A stretch of 64,000 bases of DNA from Cyanophora paradoxa CCMP329 (Eukaryota; Plantae; Glaucophyta): positions 1-64,000 of the forward strand of contig QPMI01000017.1 in NCBI GenBank assembly GCA_004431415.1, read 5' to 3'. The notes beneath the pieces were generated by a model. It searched no databases. It saw only the letters and a list, made by a program, of their open reading frames with translations, and was not told where the DNA came from. This document shows positions 60,201 through 64,000 of the stretch, piece by piece (position 1 is the stretch's first letter; every line of letters begins with the position of its first letter). The position numbers were made by a program, and so were the translations under genes.

Positions 60201-62070
60201 GACCCCTCCGGACCCTTTGCGACTCGCTGGCCATGAGGAACGCCACCCTCGGCCGCCTTCCCCAGATCCACCTGAAATTGCAGCGTCTTATAATTAGAGC
60301 ACATTTGCATTGATCCGGAGCTGCGCAGTCGAAGTCTCTAATTCATTTTAACTGGCCAGTGGCACCTATGGCTAGCGGCGCGGCGGTAATGTATGAACGG
60401 AAATAGAAGATGAACCTTGATGATTTCAATGTAGATTTCGTCCTTGCCAGAGCAGGCGGCGCCGATCGGGCCCGACGCGACGTAAACAGACGGGCCGTCC
60501 TCATCGTCCAGAGCGGCGTGGACTCGGCCCTGCTCGCGCGCGAATTCGAATGCAACTTTTCCGGGATCCGTTTATTGGCACGGCGGCGGCGCGGGCGCAC
60601 GAGGCCGCGGAAGGCGCCGAAGCCCGTCAGGTCCGCCGGGTAGCTCGAGCGGTGCAGGACGCGGGTCGGGTCAACGACGTCGGTCGAGAGCTCCCCGAAC
60701 TCCGCATCGGCCGAGGCTGCATTGCGGACGGTATAAGCAGAGTGCGAAGGTTTTCAACGCCTTATTCGATTGATTTCAGAGTGCAGGAGAGAAACGGACG
60801 GGGGAGAGCGAAGGACTGGACGACGAAGCCGCTCTCGGAGCGGTTGCGGGGCGAGAGCACCATGAACAGCCTGCGCGCAGCGCACGCGCACGGGCACGTG
60901 CTCCATGGTCACGGTCCGGATCGGAGCTCGAGGGTGATCATGAGCGCCTACAGCTAGGCGAAGTCGCGATCGGACCTGTCCTTGCTCTCCGAGTAGAGGA
61001 GGGAAAAGGGCACGACCTCGACGTTGCCCTGCCGCTCGCGGAAGAGCCTGCCGGCGATCGCGGGCGCAGCGCGTCGGTCGGAGCCCGAGGCAGCGGCAGC
61101 GGCAGCGCGCGGCGACGTCGACGACGCAGACGCGCAGGGGAACTGCGCGCAGCATGCGCACCATGACGTGCTCGGCTGAGGCACAGGGGCGGTGGTGCGG
61201 TTGCCGTCGAAGTCGAACTGCGCACAGGAATCAAAGAACGGATTAAAACGATCGAAACCGCTCCGCGAATTTCAATAAACTTGAGTCGATTTACCGCAGC
61301 CACCTCCTTGGCCAGTATGTCCTGTTTCGAAAAATCGCGATCGACGTCAGAGAAATTAATCGCGTGCACGTGCACGTGTCGCCAGCGCTTGTAATCTGCT
61401 TAGACTCACGTCAAACGCGACGAAAAGGAGGCCAGGCGAGCAAGTGATACTGATGATGTCTCTGCCCTGCCTGCGCTGGCGTTCATTAATATTCCAGATA
61501 TAAATATTCTCAACGTTCTTAATTAAGAGCGGGTTCGAATTCGCACTCTACGACATCAGGCGGGAAATTGAAGGAGTTCTCCGTGCAATCCGAGTCGTAG
61601 GAAGCCAGCGTAGCTCCCTTCGCGACGTAAAGGAGGCTATTGTGTGGGCAGAAGTGAATCGCCTGGCCTGCGCGCATGCACATTCAATTCAAACACAAAT
61701 TCACGCGTGATCATGAGCCAGGAATCGTGACCATATAGTGCGTTCACTCTCTAGCGCTAGCTATAGGAGCGATGTCGCTAGCGTTTTAAGGAATATGCGC
61801 AGGTTCGCGCTCACCTGTCAGGGGAAGGTTAGTACAGAAGCGCCGCGGCTCGGCACCGGCGCTGGCCGCGGCCGGAGCGCTCGCGGCGGCCTGGAGCGTC
61901 CGAGAAGCCCGCGTAGTCGCGTAGACGTACGCGTCGTTGGCGCCGGCCGCGCCCGTGTCGAACGCGACAAACCGCTCCGCGGCTGCTGCCGGAGCAGCTG
62001 CAGCCGCGGAGATGGAGGCAGCGAGCCCCACCAAAAGCACAAGGATCAACGGCGTGGCGGAGCGCGCCAT
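57300..62070 (-). CDS. Secreted multi-exon protein with NHL/beta-propeller-like repeats; 3' end unresolved (between about 56500 and 57300)
   Basis: Signal MARSATPLILVLLVGLAASISA; NHL-like LIAGRYATNGDNLGYADGVGTQAKF; internal repeats AYGLAYDSARRELYAGW / RVGMAGDSKNGVLYAMW and WRLYAS / WRLYAA. Confidence 0.6.
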
Positions 62071-62362
62071 CTCGATGGCGGTACAGCAGGTGCTGCAGCT
62101 GCTTTAGATCTGCAGCTGCAGGCGATTGCCACGCCCTCCAAGTCAGCGAACTTCGAAATTCGAAAATTCGCTGACCTCGTCAATATTTGTGCGGGTGCGG
62201 TCTGACCTCGAGCCCGGTGACGTGTATATATACGTAACTTGACCAGCTGCATATGCATGCACGCAGGAGTCGAATTCAGAAACGGAACGCGAAACGGCTA
62301 GCAGTCATCAGTGATATGGGCCGAGCGATGAAACTCCACAAATTAACCGGTTGCGGCTGAAA

Positions 62363-62787
62363 ACCGTTTCGCGAAACGTTGCAATTGATCATGATGATAA
62401 TTTTCAAATTTAACGCGTCCGGCGTCTTAATTAATCTAAAAACGTTTCGCGAAACGTTGCAATTGATCGTGATGATGCATATGACTTTCAAACGCGTCCG
62501 TCGTTTTTGAGTGTCCAGACGACGTCGACGCGACCGCGAATGATCCGAATTCACGAACGCGAAACAGATCAAGCTTAAAGCTTAAGCTTGCACAACCAAC
62601 TAATACTATGATAATTGAAATGAACGGTTCGTGAACAAAACCACTTCGGTGTTTTTGTTTTGCACCGTAGACGTAGGACCAGTTCACACGATTCACGTTG
62701 TGATTCACGTCCAACGGCCGGTTCCGTGACGTTGATCCATCACCCTTGGTCAGGGCCACCCCGACAAGAAACGTTTCGCGAAACGTT
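62363..62787. repeat. Three copies of the 18-bp palindrome AACGTTTCGCGAAACGTT
   Basis: At 62363-62380 (one mismatch), 62441-62458 and 62770-62787. The first two lie within a degenerate 78-bp tandem repeat. Confidence 0.85.
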
Positions 62788-63175
62788 CCGAAGTTCATTC
62801 AACCACTTTCAATTCAATGATTGAGCGTCGAATATGATTCCTCGACCCAATATTGCCAGAGTAGGGTATATGCTACTGCAACACCACTTTCGACTGCGTT
62901 CGACTACTTGTTTTCGCCAATACCACTTTTGAAACCACAATGGTTTTGACTTCGTCAAATTTCTCGGCTAATTCAGTTCTTTCGCGCTCAATTTCTTTTG
63001 ATCGCCCTCAAAAATCAATGCCATGATGGTTTTGACTTGTCAAACTTCTACATCTAGACTAGTACAACGCTGCTTCAAATACCGCGGGTCGACGCTGACG
63101 CCCAGCCTAGCCTGCTGAATTCTCGGAATCGCGTTACTTAACGAAAGAGCCCGAGTCGGGTTCGGGGGGAGGGCG

Positions 63176-64000
63176 TCAGCAGGCGGGCCCCTGCGGCGCG
63201 CCGGCGGACTGGAGGCGGGCGGCAGTGGCGGCGAGGGCGTCGGAGAGCTCCTCGAGCTTCACGGGCTTCGCCAGGAACCTGCCCGCCCCTCAGCCCCGCC
63301 CGCCCCGGCGCGCTGCGCGGGGCGGGGCGGACCCGTCGGTGCCGGCGGCGGCGCACGCCTCTCGGTCCTCGCGCCCCGCGTTCGCCGTCAGCATCTGCCG
63401 CCCCCGTGAGGGCCGCCCCGGCCCGTGTGCCGCGGCGGGGCGCACGATGACGGCGGGGCGGGGCCGGGGGCCCGCCCCGCGAGGATGCTCCGCGCCGCCG
63501 TCAGCCCGTCCATCACCGGCCTGCCGCCCGTCAGGCAGCGCCCGGCGGGGCGGGGCGGGGCGGGCCGCACATCATCCAGTCCATGAGGACGACGTCGTAC
63601 CCCTTGCGGCCCACGGCGGCCACGGCCTCCGCCCCGTTCTCCACCGCGTCGACCCCCTCGTACCCCCTGCGCCGCCTCGGCCCCGGCGCGGGCCCCGGGG
63701 CGGCCGGCGCACAGCTTCTTCAGCATGAGGAGAACGATCTTTCGGTTGAGGGGCTGCGGGGGGTAAGACGAGGGGGAGGTAAGAGAGGGGGGTACGTGCC
63801 TGGTCCTCGGCGAGGAGGATGGAGAGGGGGTACTGCTTGGCGACGTGGGGCCCCGGGGCGCCAGGTGGAAGGACCACGGGCGCCGAAACGGGCGCTGGAA
63901 GCCGTGCCGCCGCGGCGAAGCGGGCGCCTGTGTTTGTGAGGGCGTCGGCGAGCTCCTCGAGCTTCACGGGCTTCGCCAGGAACCTGCCCGCCCCTCAGCC
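63176..64000 (-). CDS. 3' end of a gene with tandem response-regulator receiver domains (probably a hybrid histidine kinase)
   Basis: End of a first REC (FLAKPVKLEELADAL), then a complete REC: SILLAED..VENGAEAV..YDVVLMDWMM|PVMDGLTAAR..MLTANA..DREACAAAG.DG|FLAKPVKLEEL. Stop TGA at 63176-63178. Confidence 0.88.

Noticed and set aside
63176-64000. Receiver domains as the C-terminus of the phytochrome at the left edge
   Set aside because: Both are on the minus strand, but the receiver gene ends about 61 kb upstream of the phytochrome start, so they are different genes.
1-64000. tRNA, rRNA or snRNA genes
   Set aside because: None recognised by eye; a covariance-model scan would be needed to exclude them.

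Overview
This is eukaryotic nuclear DNA: very GC-rich and gene-dense, with many short (about 50-75 nt) introns. Donors are GTGCGC- or GCGCGC-like, and GC-AG introns are unusually frequent. A Cys-in-GAF phytochrome, ciliary genes (CDK20, CFAP210) and a two-receiver signalling protein point to a flagellated alga or protist; a glaucophyte such as Cyanophora would fit, but that is inference only. Genes from left to right: phytochrome (5' part, running off the left edge); bHLH factor; an orphan copy of a terminal exon, followed by a 4.5-kb cassette (Mug135-like gene, Zn-finger/OB-like gene) and the parent cNMP-domain-like gene; a strictly alternating-strand run (hypothetical, CDK20, membrane protein, COQ10, CFAP210, CNBP-like, DCTN2, PP2C, C2-domain protein); an ARM-like protein with a G/H/Y-rich tail; a GRAM-GLTP fusion; a large surface protein with two duplicated beta-propeller-like modules, (SP)n linkers and an IPT-like domain; two hypotheticals; a young 5.86-kb tyrosine-recombinase (DIRS-order, PAT-like) retrotransposon; a second secreted NHL/propeller-like protein; and the 3' end of a tandem-receiver gene. 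The retrotransposon is the most unusual object. Its split direct repeats are arranged A-gag-B-A-pol-YR-B, and it carries a loxP-like palindrome. Several single-base frameshifts fall in C/G homopolymers and look like long-read errors. Exon boundaries were read by eye and are approximate.
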